64,000 nt of DNA from an uncultured Candidatus Saccharibacteria bacterium (GTDB taxonomy: Bacteria > Patescibacteriota > UBA1384 > JACPKC01), in contig CAYRGD010000001.1 in NCBI GenBank assembly GCA_964423885.1, positions 24,156 to 88,155 of the forward strand, written 5' to 3'. Position 1 is the stretch's first letter. The number at the start of each line of letters is the position of its first letter. Below the pieces are notes generated by a model. It was given only the letters and a program-made list of their open reading frames with translations, was not told the DNA's origin and did no database searches. This document shows, piece after piece, positions 1-9,959 of this stretch. The translations under genes were made by a program, and so were the position numbers.

Positions 1-981
1 CGTTTCGACCAGTTCGAGCGTTGCCAGCAGCGCGGCGCAGGGGCCTAGGCTGAAGCTCGTTGTGCTGGCATGGAACGGCCCCAACCATTCTTGCGTCCGC
101 TCCTGTGCCCGCAGTTTCATCTTGGCTTGCACCTCGTCGCTGTAGAGGCAGGCTGCGACCGGCAGTATGCCGCCGCCGGCTGCTTTACCGATCGTGACGA
201 TATCCGGTTGCAGGCCGGGATGGTGCTGGAACGCCCACATCGTGCCCGTCCGCCCGAACCCGGTCTGAATCTCGTCGATCACGAGCAGCGCCCCGGTTGC
301 CCGACACCGTTGCTGGATTGCCAAGAGGAAGTCGGTCGTGAGCGGCCAGATGCCGGCTTCCCCCTGGATAACCTCAACGAAGACGGCCGCGACGGTTGTG
401 TCGATCTTGTCTACCTCCGTGGCAGTATTCCTCGCGAGCTCGATCACGTTATGGTGGAGCACGCCCGTGAACGGTGCCCGGCGTTTTCCGGTACCGCAGA
501 GCATGAGCGCGCCGATGCTCTGCCCGTGGTACGCCCCTTGGATACGGGCGAACGCAGCCCGGCTCGTCGCGACTGCGGCGTACTTGATGGCGGCGTCGAC
601 CGCCATCGTGCCTTCCGAGCAGAGAAAGCAGTGTTGCATGCCTGGAACCGCCTCGACGATCCGTTGGGCGCAATCGCCCATCAGCCGGTTCGGGAGTACC
701 CGCGAGCCCATGGCGAGCGTGCGCAACTGATCGATGACTTTCTTGACTATGAGCTTGTTGCGCCTCCCTACGTTGAACAGCCCGTACCCGCCGCAGGCAT
801 CAAGGAGCGTACCGTCGCCCGCAGTGCGGATATAGGATCCCCAGCCACCGGTTTCCAGGCGGCCCTGGCTTGTTAGCTCGATCACCCGCGCAAGTGTCGG
901 GTCGGTGTAGCGTTTCGCACGTGCGCAGGCGGCCCGGAAGGCCTCCCGTGCATCGTTTTCATCAGAATGTTCCGTTGCCAT
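1..981 (-). CDS. Class III PLP aminotransferase (putrescine/acetylornithine aminotransferase-like), 3' end runs off the window
   Basis: Not in the ORF track; translated by hand from ATG at 981 (MATEHSDEND...). Contains LDACGGYGLFNVG, GAYHGQSIG, FVEVIQGEAG, IDEIQTGFGRTG and PDIVTIGKAAGGG (PLP lysine). Confidence 0.9.
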   Translation of the reverse strand, partial: MATEHSDENDAREAFRAACARAKRYTDPTLARVIELTSQGRLETGGWGSYIRTAGDGTLLDACGGYGLFNVGRRNKLIVKKVIDQLRTLAMGSRVLPNRLMGDCAQRIVEAVPGMQHCFLCSEGTMAVDAAIKYAAVATSRAAFARIQGAYHGQSIGALMLCGTGKRRAPFTGVLHHNVIELARNTATEVDKIDTTVAAVFVEVIQGEAGIWPLTTDFLLAIQQRCRATGALLVIDEIQTGFGRTGTMWAFQHHPGLQPDIVTIGKAAGGGILPVAACLYSDEVQAKMKLRAQERTQEWLGPFHASTTSFSLGPCAALLATLELVET

Positions 982-1093
982 CTTGTAAAAAGCCCCTTCA
1001 TTCGATTCCTGCCCGTTCGGGCGACGATCAGTACACCACAAGGGCAATGACCCTGCTAGTGGTTTCGGTACGCCGAACCGGTATACTGCATCT

Positions 1094-2458
1094 ATGTTGC
1101 CCGACTACTTGCGCGGCGCGCGGATTGGGATACTGGGGTTCGGCGTCAACCACCAGTCGCTGGTGCGTTGGCTCGTCGCCCAGGGCGCCGACGACATCGT
1201 GGTGTACGACGAGTCCGAATCGACCGGCGACCGGCTCGACGAACAGGGTTTGTCGGTGGAGCGGGTGCTCGGCCCCGGCGCGTTCGACGACATCGACGCC
1301 GAGATCGTGTTCCGCAGTCCCGGCATTCCGCCCGACCGGGCCGAGCTCACGGCCGCTGCCGCTCGCGGCGTGCGGATTACTTCGCAGACGAGCTTGTTCC
1401 TCGAACTCTGTCCGGCCAACGTGATCGGTGTCACGGGTACGAAAGGGAAAAGCACGACCAGCAGCTTGATCGCCGCCATGCTCGCGCAGGGGATTGCCGA
1501 CGGCCAGGTCTACCTGGCGGGGAATATCGGCAAGGACCCGTTCGACTTCCTCGACACGCTTATCCCGAACGATTGGGTCGTGCTCGAGCTGTCGAGTTTC
1601 CAGCTGGCCGACTTGGAACGGAGCCCGCACATCGCGGTCGTGCTCGGGATCGCGTCCGACCACCTGGAATACCACAAGGAACAGTCGGCCTACGTGGCCG
1701 CCAAGGCGAATATCGTGGCGCACCAGACTCCTGCCGACTACGCAGTGCTCAACCTGGAAGATACGGCGAGCTTTGCGTTCGCGCTCGAGACGCGCGCCCA
1801 AATCCGCTACTACGCGGCCAACGCGCCGGTCGACCAAGGGGTGTGCGTCGCGGGCGACACGTTCGTGTGGCGGACTGCCCAGGGAGACGAAACCGTGGCA
1901 ACGGTCGGCGACCTGCGATTACGGGGCTGGCATAACGTAAGCAACGCGGCCGCTGCCATCGCCGCCGCGGCACTGGCCGGCTGCAGCGTCGAGGCTATCG
2001 TTGCCGGCTTGCGCGGGTTCGCCGGCTTGCCCCACCGGCTCGAACTTGTCCATGACGCCGCCGGCGTCGCCTGGTACGACGACTCGATCGCGACCAACCC
2101 GAGCGCTGCCGAAGCGGCGATCCGCAGCTTCCTCGAACCCGTGATCCTTATCGCCGGCGGTTCCGACAAAGGGCTCGACTACGCCGGGTTCGGCGGCATC
2201 ATCGCCGCCACGGGCGTGAAGCGGCTGATCGTCATCGGGCAGACCGGCCCCGTGATCGCCGAGCAGGCCGAGTACCACGACTATCCGGCCGACCGGATCG
2301 TGGTGGCGGGCACGCTCGACGCAGCCGTCGCTGCCGCCAGGTCGGCTGCCATGGCGGGCGACGTTGTCCTGCTGTCGCCGGCCAGCGCCTCGTTCGACCA
2401 GTTTCCTAACTACAAGGTGCGGGGCGAACAGTTCGCCGCGCTTGCGAAGGCGGCGTAG
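1094..2458 (+). CDS. murD: UDP-N-acetylmuramoyl-L-alanine--D-glutamate ligase
   Basis: RSPGI, GVTGTKGKSTT, LELSSFQL, DHLEYH, DDSIATN and LLSPASASFDQF motifs; first gene of the dcw cluster. Confidence 0.96.
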   Translation: MLPDYLRGARIGILGFGVNHQSLVRWLVAQGADDIVVYDESESTGDRLDEQGLSVERVLGPGAFDDIDAEIVFRSPGIPPDRAELTAAAARGVRITSQTSLFLELCPANVIGVTGTKGKSTTSSLIAAMLAQGIADGQVYLAGNIGKDPFDFLDTLIPNDWVVLELSSFQLADLERSPHIAVVLGIASDHLEYHKEQSAYVAAKANIVAHQTPADYAVLNLEDTASFAFALETRAQIRYYAANAPVDQGVCVAGDTFVWRTAQGDETVATVGDLRLRGWHNVSNAAAAIAAAALAGCSVEAIVAGLRGFAGLPHRLELVHDAAGVAWYDDSIATNPSAAEAAIRSFLEPVILIAGGSDKGLDYAGFGGIIAATGVKRLIVIGQTGPVIAEQAEYHDYPADRIVVAGTLDAAVAAARSAAMAGDVVLLSPASASFDQFPNYKVRGEQFAALAKAA

Positions 2459-2460
2459 CG

Positions 2461-3594
2461 ATGGCGCTCCACCGCTACCGGTCGCGGCCGACGGGCCGCA
2501 TCGATGCCTGGCTGCTGCTGGCAGTGCTGGCACTTATCGGGTTCGGGCTGGTGATGATCTCGTCATCGTCGGTCGTGGTCGCGTCGCAGCAGTTCGGCAA
2601 CAACTACGCGTTCGTGATCCGGCAGGCCGGCCACGTCGGCATCGGCCTCGTCTTCATGGCGGTGTTGGCGCTCATCGACTACCGGTTCTGGCAGCGGATC
2701 GCGCCCGCGCTCCTTGTAACGATCTTCGTGCTGCTCATCGCCACCAGGATTCCCGGCATCGGCGCGGCGTACAAGGGAGCGCGCCGCTGGATCGAGATCG
2801 GTCCGATCTCGTTCCAAACGACCGAGGTGATCAAGCTCTGTTCGATCCTGTACGTGAGTGCCTGGCTGGCGCGGCGCGGCGAGCGGCTCCGGAGCCTGGC
2901 GCAGGGGTTTGCGCCGTTCGTCATTCTGCTCGGTTCGATCCTGCTCCTTATCCTGTTGCAGCCTGACGCCGGCACCGCCATGGTGACATTGGGTTCGCTC
3001 GTGAGTATTTACGTGGTGGCCGGTGCGCCGCTCCTGCACCTGCTCTTCGGCGGCGCCCTTGGCGGTACCCTGCTCGGCCTTATCATTCTGGCCGAGCCGT
3101 ACCGGCTTGAACGGTTCACCACGTTCCTCGATCCCGACAAGGCCATGCTTGGCGCCGGGTACCACATCAACCAGGCCTTGCTTGCGGTCGGCGCCGGCGG
3201 CCTGTGGGGGCTGGGTTTCGGCCAGAGCAAGCAGAAGTTTTTGTACCTGCCCGAACCGCAGACCGACTCGATCTTCGCGATCACGATGGAAGAGCTGGGC
3301 TTCCTCCGGTCGCTCCTGGTGCTCGGTCTTATCCTGTTCGTTGTGTTTCGCGGCTACCGGATCGCCCGGTCAGCCACCGACCCGTTCGGCCGCTACGTGG
3401 CCACCGGGATTACCAGCCTGATCGCGTTCCAGTCGTTCGTGAACATCGGCGCCATGCTCGGCCTGCTGCCGCTCACTGGCGTCACGCTGCCGTTCGTGAG
3501 CTACGGCGGCTCGTCGCTTATCGGGCTCATGGCCGGCATCGGCGTCCTCTTGAACGTCTCCCGGACCGGCACTGTGCGGGGGAGCAGCACATGA
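2461..3594 (+). CDS. ftsW: Cell division SEDS protein FtsW
   Basis: Multi-TM protein with GARRWI, GLGFGQSKQKFLYLPEPQTDSIF and LPLTGVTLPFVSYGGSS; lies between murD and murG. Confidence 0.95.
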   Translation: MALHRYRSRPTGRIDAWLLLAVLALIGFGLVMISSSSVVVASQQFGNNYAFVIRQAGHVGIGLVFMAVLALIDYRFWQRIAPALLVTIFVLLIATRIPGIGAAYKGARRWIEIGPISFQTTEVIKLCSILYVSAWLARRGERLRSLAQGFAPFVILLGSILLLILLQPDAGTAMVTLGSLVSIYVVAGAPLLHLLFGGALGGTLLGLIILAEPYRLERFTTFLDPDKAMLGAGYHINQALLAVGAGGLWGLGFGQSKQKFLYLPEPQTDSIFAITMEELGFLRSLLVLGLILFVVFRGYRIARSATDPFGRYVATGITSLIAFQSFVNIGAMLGLLPLTGVTLPFVSYGGSSLIGLMAGIGVLLNVSRTGTVRGSST

Positions 3595-4694
3595 CGGCGC
3601 CCGCGTTCACGGCCGTAGTCGCCGGCGGCGGCACCGCGGGCCACGTCTATCCGACACTCGCCGTAGTTCGGGAGCTCCAGGCACTGAACCCTGGGATCGA
3701 GATCGCGTACATCGGACAGCTGGGCGGGCCCGAGACCGAGATCGTCCAGGCGGCCGACCTTGGTCGTCCCATCGAGTTCGTCGGCATTACGGCGGAAAAG
3801 CTGCGCCGCTACTGGAGCGTACGCAGCTTGCTCTTGCCGATCGCGCTCCTGCGCGGGATCGGTGAGTCGATGCAGGCGCTCCGCCGGCTGCGCCCTGCGG
3901 TCGTGTTCTGCAAGGGCGGATACGTCTGCATCCCGGTCGCCGTGGCCGCCTGGTGGCTGCGCATCCCGATCGTGCTCCACGAAACCGACGCCAGCATGGG
4001 CCTGGCCAACCGTATGATCGCCCCGTTCGCCCGCCGCATCGCCGTCAGCTTTCCGCGCCCGACCTTTTTGACTGCCCGGACCGACCGCAAGATCGTGTTT
4101 ACCGGCCAGCCGGTACGGGCCGAGTTCTTCGCGTCCGCGCCAGCGTCCAAGAAAGACGACCGTCCGACGGTCATGGTCACGGGCAGCATGCAGGGCGCGC
4201 ACGCGGTCAACGCGCTCGTGGGCGAAATCCTGCCGCGGCTGCTCGAGCGTTACCGGGTGATCCACATCACCGGCCCCAATGATTTCGACATGATGCGGGG
4301 CATGAGCCGCAGCCAGTACTACGAACCGGTGCCCTATACCACGAAGATCCGCGGCCTGTTAGTCGAGGCCGACCTGATCGTTTCCCGTGCCGGCGGCACG
4401 ATTTTCGAGCTGGCGGCGCTCGGCAAGCCGAGCATCCTTATCCCGTTGCCGACGGCGGCCAACGACCACCAACGCGAGAACGCCGCGATGTTTGCCGAAC
4501 AGGACGCCGCGGTCGTACTCGAACAGACCTCGCTCACCGCCGACCGGCTGCTCGCCGAGATCACCGGCCTTATCCGTGATTCCGCGCGCCGCGCGGCATT
4601 AAGCACCAACATCAAGCGGTTCGCGCGGATCGACGCTGCGGCCCATATTGCCCGCCTGCTCGCCGACGAGGCGGAGCGGAAGGCGGCCGCATGA
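3591..4694 (+). CDS. murG: Lipid I N-acetylglucosaminyl transferase MurG
   Basis: GGGTAGHVYP, KGGYVC, HETD, SRAGG and DHQRENA motifs. Start moved to ATG 3591, which overlaps the ftsW stop (ATGA). Confidence 0.95.
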   Translation: MTAPAFTAVVAGGGTAGHVYPTLAVVRELQALNPGIEIAYIGQLGGPETEIVQAADLGRPIEFVGITAEKLRRYWSVRSLLLPIALLRGIGESMQALRRLRPAVVFCKGGYVCIPVAVAAWWLRIPIVLHETDASMGLANRMIAPFARRIAVSFPRPTFLTARTDRKIVFTGQPVRAEFFASAPASKKDDRPTVMVTGSMQGAHAVNALVGEILPRLLERYRVIHITGPNDFDMMRGMSRSQYYEPVPYTTKIRGLLVEADLIVSRAGGTIFELAALGKPSILIPLPTAANDHQRENAAMFAEQDAAVVLEQTSLTADRLLAEITGLIRDSARRAALSTNIKRFARIDAAAHIARLLADEAERKAAA

Positions 4695-5962
4695 GATACC
4701 ACTTCGTGGGGATTAGCGGTTCGGGAATGCGCGGCCTGGCCGATATCGTCCGGTTACAGGGTAACGAGGTGGCCGGGTCGGATCTCGGCACGACCGGCCA
4801 CGCGGCAGGAAATATCCAGGGAGCGGACTGCGTCGTCTACTCTCCGGCCGTCCGTGAAGGGTCTCCGGGCTGGGTCGAGGTGGTGGCGGCCCGGAAGCAG
4901 GGGATCGAGACGGTCCGGGTGGACGAACTGCTTGAACGACTGACCGGGCATGCGGCGACACTCATTGCCATTGCCGGGACGCACGGCAAATCGACCACGA
5001 CCGCGATGATCGGGCAGATTCTCGAAGCAGCCGACGCCGACCCCACCGTCTACATCGGTGCGCCGGTACTGGCCTGGGACGGACGCAGCTACCGCGCCGG
5101 CGACCCGTCAGTCTGGGTGGTGGAGGCCGACGAGTACGAGCGGAAGTTCCTGCGCCTGGCTCCGACCGTAGCCGTGATCACCAACATCGAGTTCGAGCAT
5201 CCGGACATCTACGCGGACCTGGCTGACGTCGAAGCGGCCTTCGTCGCCTTTATCCGAGCGATCCGACCGGGTGGCACGCTGGTCGCCTGCGCGGAATCCG
5301 ACATCCTCGACCGGGTCATCGCGGTGGCCGGCCGCACCGATATCACGGTCGTGCGCTACGGTGACGGTGCCGACCCCTATCGTCCGGATATCCTGCCGCC
5401 GCTTGCGGTTATCGGCCGCCACAATATCCTGAACGCCTTGGCGGCGCTGGCGGCGGCTGAGGCAGCGGGTGTCCCGAGCGACACGGCGCTCCGGTCGCTC
5501 GCCGCGTTCCGGGGAGCGGGCCGTCGGCTCGAACGGGTCGGTGAGCGGCACGGCGTGACCGTGATCGACGACTACGGCCACCATCCCACCGAACTCGCGG
5601 TCTCGATCGGCGCGGTCCGCGCGGCGTTTCCTGGCCGGCGCCTGGTCGTGGCGTTCCAGCCGCACCAGCATGCCCGCCTGCAGGCGCTTTTCGACGACTT
5701 CGCACGGTCGTTCGCTGATGCCGATCTTACGCTCATCACGGACGTGTACGCAGTGCCGGGCCGGGACGAAGCCGTGCGGGTCGATCCCCGGACGCTTGCC
5801 GATGCGGTCGTGGCCCAGGGGATTGACTGCCGGTTCGTCGGCAGCCTCGACGACCTGCGCCGCTCGCTCGATACGCTGCTCGTGCCCGGCGATGTGTTCC
5901 TTACTATCGGCGCGACCGCAATCACGACGGTCGGGCGGGACTGGGTAGCGGCGGGGCAATGA
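4691..5962 (+). CDS. murC: UDP-N-acetylmuramate--L-alanine ligase (compact form)
   Basis: HFVGISGSGM, AGTHGKSTTT, EADEY, DDYGHHPTE and FQPH motifs. Confidence 0.94.
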   Translation: MRYHFVGISGSGMRGLADIVRLQGNEVAGSDLGTTGHAAGNIQGADCVVYSPAVREGSPGWVEVVAARKQGIETVRVDELLERLTGHAATLIAIAGTHGKSTTTAMIGQILEAADADPTVYIGAPVLAWDGRSYRAGDPSVWVVEADEYERKFLRLAPTVAVITNIEFEHPDIYADLADVEAAFVAFIRAIRPGGTLVACAESDILDRVIAVAGRTDITVVRYGDGADPYRPDILPPLAVIGRHNILNALAALAAAEAAGVPSDTALRSLAAFRGAGRRLERVGERHGVTVIDDYGHHPTELAVSIGAVRAAFPGRRLVVAFQPHQHARLQALFDDFARSFADADLTLITDVYAVPGRDEAVRVDPRTLADAVVAQGIDCRFVGSLDDLRRSLDTLLVPGDVFLTIGATAITTVGRDWVAAGQ

Positions 5963-6810
5963 GCGGGCGGCGGTTCGTACGGGGGGCGACCACCCTCAAA
6001 ACCCAACCGATCTACGCGCCGCGCAGCAGCGCCGGCCGGATCCATGGCAATCCCCGCATCCTTCGGCCGACCGCTGCCAACCGTATCCCGCCGCGTCGGA
6101 TTACGGTTCCGAAGGGTGTCTGGATCGGTCTCGGGTGTGCCGTGGTAGCCACCGCACTCGGTTGGTTCCTGTTCGGTTCGCGGTTCTTCCGCGTCGACAA
6201 GATCGAGGTCGTCGGGTCGGTCACCGACGCGGTCCGGGCCGACATCGATGCCCTCTCCGGGGTCAACGTGCTGACCTATTCCACGGGCGGGATCGAGAGC
6301 CGGCTTACCAAGGCGCAGCCGTCGATCGGGACGCTGCTTATCTCGAAAGGCCTGCCGCGCACCCTGCGCGTCGAGGTGACGCTCCGCGTGCCGGTGCTGG
6401 CGTGGCAGAGTGGCGACGAGCGTGACCTTGTCGACGCGGACGGCACCGTATTCCGCGACGTCGACGGTCCGTCCGGCACTGCCGCTGCCGGCCTGCCGCT
6501 GGTCGTCGATACGGCCCGTCAGCCGGTGACCCAAGGCAGTGCGCTCGTGAGCCGCCAGTTCGTCATGTTCCTCCGCGCTGCTGACGACACGTTCCGCTCG
6601 AAGTTTCCCGTCGCAGTCGACCGCTACGAGCTCGGCCAGTCGAGCTTCGAGGTCGCGCTCGTGACCGCCGAGGGTTGGCGGGCGCTGCTCGATACCACCC
6701 GTGAACCCGGTCCGCAGCTGGCCGGCCTGCAACAGGTGTTCGAACGGTTCCACGGCGATATCCACGAGTACGTCGACCTGCGTGTTCCCGGCCGCGCGTA
6801 CTTCAAGTAG
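5959..6810 (+). CDS. ftsQ: FtsQ/DivIB-like cell division protein
   Basis: Basic N-terminal tail, single TM, POTRA-like region and C-terminal YVDLRVPGRAYFK motif; end of the dcw cluster. Confidence 0.75.
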   Translation: MSGRRFVRGATTLKTQPIYAPRSSAGRIHGNPRILRPTAANRIPPRRITVPKGVWIGLGCAVVATALGWFLFGSRFFRVDKIEVVGSVTDAVRADIDALSGVNVLTYSTGGIESRLTKAQPSIGTLLISKGLPRTLRVEVTLRVPVLAWQSGDERDLVDADGTVFRDVDGPSGTAAAGLPLVVDTARQPVTQGSALVSRQFVMFLRAADDTFRSKFPVAVDRYELGQSSFEVALVTAEGWRALLDTTREPGPQLAGLQQVFERFHGDIHEYVDLRVPGRAYFK

Positions 6811-6819
6811 GATGCTCGT

Positions 6820-7560
6820 ATGAGCACGCCGGCCAGCCTGCGTCCGACCGAAGAGGTGATCGAGGAGTTCGGGCTGTCGCCCAAGTTCAGTTACTTGCTG
6901 GGTGCGGCAGGAGCCGTCGTGTTCGCGGTCGTGCTCTGGTTCCGTGTCATCCATCCCGGCCCGGCATCAGCCCTTGCTGCTGCGCTCGGCCCGGCCGGGC
7001 CGATGCTGCTTACCGCAGCCACCCTGCTTGTACTGCTTACCGGCCTGTACCTGGTCGGCTTAGCAGTGTTCTTCCGCTTCGCGTACCGGTATTACCTTAC
7101 GACCGAACGGGTGATCCAGTCCGACGGCGTGTTTTCCCAGCATATCGTGAGCGCCGAATACAAGGCGATCAGCGATATCACCGTCCGCCAGGACGCGATC
7201 AGCCACCTATTCCTGGGTACCGGTACGCTCGCGATCAACACCGTCGGCGGCGTGCCCGAAGACGTCGTGCTTATGAACATCGACAATCCGGTTGCGCGGC
7301 GTGAGCAGCTCCGCGGCCTGGCCGCTGCCGCCCATGGCGGCCGACGGGTGACGCGGAGCCTGCTCAATGAGCTCGAGCGGCAGACCGGCATGGAACCGGC
7401 CGGAACCGCACTGTCACCGGTCGCCGGGCAGCCGTTGCCTCCGGTGCCGCCAACGCCTCCAGCCGCCTCGGTTGACGAGGACATCGACGACCTCCACGAC
7501 GACGGGATCGACGATTCCGACCGCCTGCGTGCCGCGCAACGGCAACTGCCCGACCAGTAG
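6820..7560 (+). CDS. Membrane protein with bacterial PH (bPH_2) domain
   Basis: Two TM helices, then YYLTTERVI...GVF...ISDITVRQ...GTGTLAINT; acidic, Pro-rich tail. Confidence 0.75.
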   Translation: MSTPASLRPTEEVIEEFGLSPKFSYLLGAAGAVVFAVVLWFRVIHPGPASALAAALGPAGPMLLTAATLLVLLTGLYLVGLAVFFRFAYRYYLTTERVIQSDGVFSQHIVSAEYKAISDITVRQDAISHLFLGTGTLAINTVGGVPEDVVLMNIDNPVARREQLRGLAAAAHGGRRVTRSLLNELERQTGMEPAGTALSPVAGQPLPPVPPTPPAASVDEDIDDLHDDGIDDSDRLRAAQRQLPDQ

Positions 7561-7594
7561 GCAGCACGCTTGCGCGGTGTGCTAGACTGCGCCC

Positions 7595-9295
7595 ATGGGG
7601 AACACCGGACTCACCGCGCGGCGTTGGGCAATCACGCCGCGGACGCACCAGGATATCGCCGCGCAGCTGCTCGCCAACCGGAACATCGGTGACGCCGAGC
7701 GGTTTTTTCATCCCGACTATGACCGCGACAGCCATGACCCGCACCTGCTGCCGGGCATGGCGGCGGCGCTCGACCGGATCACGCGGGCGATCGCCGAGCG
7801 TGAGGCGATCTGCGTGTTCGGCGACTACGACGCCGACGGCATTCCCGGTACCGCCGTACTCATGAAAACCCTGCGGGCTAACGGCGCCACCGTCCGGCCG
7901 TACATTCCTGACCGTGAACGCGAAGGGTACGGCCTCAACCGCACGGCGATCGATACGCTCGCCGCGGAAGGGATCAAGCTCATTATTACCGTGGACCTGG
8001 GCATCACTGGGGCGCCCGAGGTGGCGCAGGCCGCCAGGCTCGGCGTCGATGTGATTATCACCGACCACCACCATGTCGACCCGTCGCGCGTACCCACCGA
8101 TGCGGTCGCGGTCGTCCACCCGGCGCTGCCAGGCTCGGAATACCCGTTCAAGGGCCTGGCCGGCGGCGGCGTATCATGGAAGCTTTGCCAGGCACTGGCC
8201 GCGCATACCGGCACGCCGACGCCGGGCCAACTTAAGTGGTGGCTCGAGCTGCCCGCGATCAGCACGGTGTGCGATATGGTGCCATTGGTCGACGAAAACC
8301 GGATGATCGTCCATTTCGGGCTCAAGGTACTCATGCAGACGCGCAACGCCGGCCTTCAAGCGATGTACCGCGCAGGCGGGATCGCCAACGACGCATTGAC
8401 CGAACGGACGATCGGCTACCATATCGGGCCGCGGATCAACGCGCCGGGGCGGATGGACAGCGCCGCCGTCGCGCTCGACCTATTGCTGGCCGACGACCCG
8501 GCCCGCGCCCACGACGTGGCGGCGGCGGCCGAACAGCACAACCGTGAGCGGCAGGAACAGCTCGACGGCGTGGTCAAAGCCACGTGCAGCCGGATCGAGG
8601 CCGAAGGGCTCCATGAACGCCCCGCGATCGTCCTAGCCGGTGACGGCTGGCCGGCCGGAGTAGTCGGGCTTGCCGCCTCGCGCGTGGTCGAGCGGTTCCA
8701 CCGTCCGGCAATCATCCTGGGTATCCACGACGGCGTCGCCAAGGGATCGGGCAGGAGCATCAAAGGCTTCAACCTGCTGGCCGGCATCGACGCCAACAAA
8801 GACCTGCTCTTGACCCACGGCGGGCACGAGATGGCGGCCGGCCTCCAGTTGCGGGCCGAGCAGGTACCCGCGTTCGCCGAACGCTTCACCGCCTTCGCGG
8901 CCGAGCGTTTGACCGACGAAGACTTCATCCCCACGAAAACCGCCGACATGCTGCTTGAGCCGGCCGCGATCACGCCGGAGCTGGCAGCGACGCTCGCACA
9001 GTTCGCGCCGTTCGGGGTAGGCAACCCGAAGCCGCGGTTCGTGGTGGCGCCGCTCACGGTCGCCGAGGTGCGCCAAGTAGGCGCCGCCAAGCAACACTTG
9101 AAACTCACGTTCGCAGGCGGCCTCGACGGGATCGCGTTCGGGATGGGCGGTCGGGCCCAAGAGTGCGCCCCGGGCAGCGAGCTTGCGGTATTGGGATCGG
9201 TCGAAACGAACGTCTGGAACGGCCACGAACGCCTGCAGCTCCTCATTGACGACCTGAAGCCGCGTTCCCAATTCGCCGCCGAACAGGTAGGATAA
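7595..9295 (+). CDS. recJ: Single-stranded DNA exonuclease RecJ
   Basis: GDYDADG, EGYGL, TVDLG, TDHH, GPRINAPGR, GSGRS and GGHEMAAG motifs. Confidence 0.96.
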   Translation: MGNTGLTARRWAITPRTHQDIAAQLLANRNIGDAERFFHPDYDRDSHDPHLLPGMAAALDRITRAIAEREAICVFGDYDADGIPGTAVLMKTLRANGATVRPYIPDREREGYGLNRTAIDTLAAEGIKLIITVDLGITGAPEVAQAARLGVDVIITDHHHVDPSRVPTDAVAVVHPALPGSEYPFKGLAGGGVSWKLCQALAAHTGTPTPGQLKWWLELPAISTVCDMVPLVDENRMIVHFGLKVLMQTRNAGLQAMYRAGGIANDALTERTIGYHIGPRINAPGRMDSAAVALDLLLADDPARAHDVAAAAEQHNRERQEQLDGVVKATCSRIEAEGLHERPAIVLAGDGWPAGVVGLAASRVVERFHRPAIILGIHDGVAKGSGRSIKGFNLLAGIDANKDLLLTHGGHEMAAGLQLRAEQVPAFAERFTAFAAERLTDEDFIPTKTADMLLEPAAITPELAATLAQFAPFGVGNPKPRFVVAPLTVAEVRQVGAAKQHLKLTFAGGLDGIAFGMGGRAQECAPGSELAVLGSVETNVWNGHERLQLLIDDLKPRSQFAAEQVG

Positions 9296-9319
9296 GCCCA
9301 TACATCCGAAAGGAGCCGT

Positions 9320-9928
9320 ATGGCCTACCAATTGCCCGCATTGCCCTACGCGTACGACGCGCTCGAGCCGGTGATCGACGCGCGCACCATGGAGCTCCAC
9401 CACACAAAGCACCACCAGGCGTATATCGATAAGCTCAATGCCGCGCTCGTGGGGCACGACGACCTGGCGGCCAAGCCGATCGACGAGCTGCTCCGCGGGA
9501 TCGCGGCCGTACCCGACGACATCCGCACGGCGGTCAAGAACCACGGCGGCGGCCACGCCAACCACTCGTTGTTTTGGGAACTCATGATGCCGACCGGGCA
9601 AGGCGGCGAACCGTCGGCCGAGCTTGCCGACGCGCTCACGGCATCCTTCGGTGGCGTCGACGACTTTAAAACCAAGTTCAGCGAGCTGGCTACCGGTATC
9701 TTCGGTTCCGGCTGGGCTTGGCTAGTCAAAGACGCCGACGGCAACCTGGCCATGTATGCCAAGCCGTTGCAAGACAGCCCGTACATGGATAACCACGCGC
9801 CGCTCATCGGGCTCGACGTGTGGGAGCACGCCTACTACTTGCAGTACCAAAACCGCCGCAAAGAGTACGTCGATGCCTGGTGGCAGCTGGTCAACTGGCA
9901 GCACGTGAACGACGCGTTTCTGCGGTAA
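9320..9928 (+). CDS. sodA: Mn/Fe superoxide dismutase
   Basis: HHTKHH, NHGGGHANHSLFW and DVWEHAYYL motifs; AAGGAG RBS upstream. Confidence 0.95.
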   Translation: MAYQLPALPYAYDALEPVIDARTMELHHTKHHQAYIDKLNAALVGHDDLAAKPIDELLRGIAAVPDDIRTAVKNHGGGHANHSLFWELMMPTGQGGEPSAELADALTASFGGVDDFKTKFSELATGIFGSGWAWLVKDADGNLAMYAKPLQDSPYMDNHAPLIGLDVWEHAYYLQYQNRRKEYVDAWWQLVNWQHVNDAFLR

Positions 9929-9959
9929 CTACTGGATACCGGAACAGGAGGGACGAGCG

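Noticed and set aside
70-876. 268-aa plus-strand ORF, and many other long antisense or shifted ORFs (e.g. 48180-50048, 55371-57083, 41336-42790)
   Set aside because: These are shadow ORFs of real genes on the opposite strand, expected in high-GC DNA, and show no recognisable motifs.
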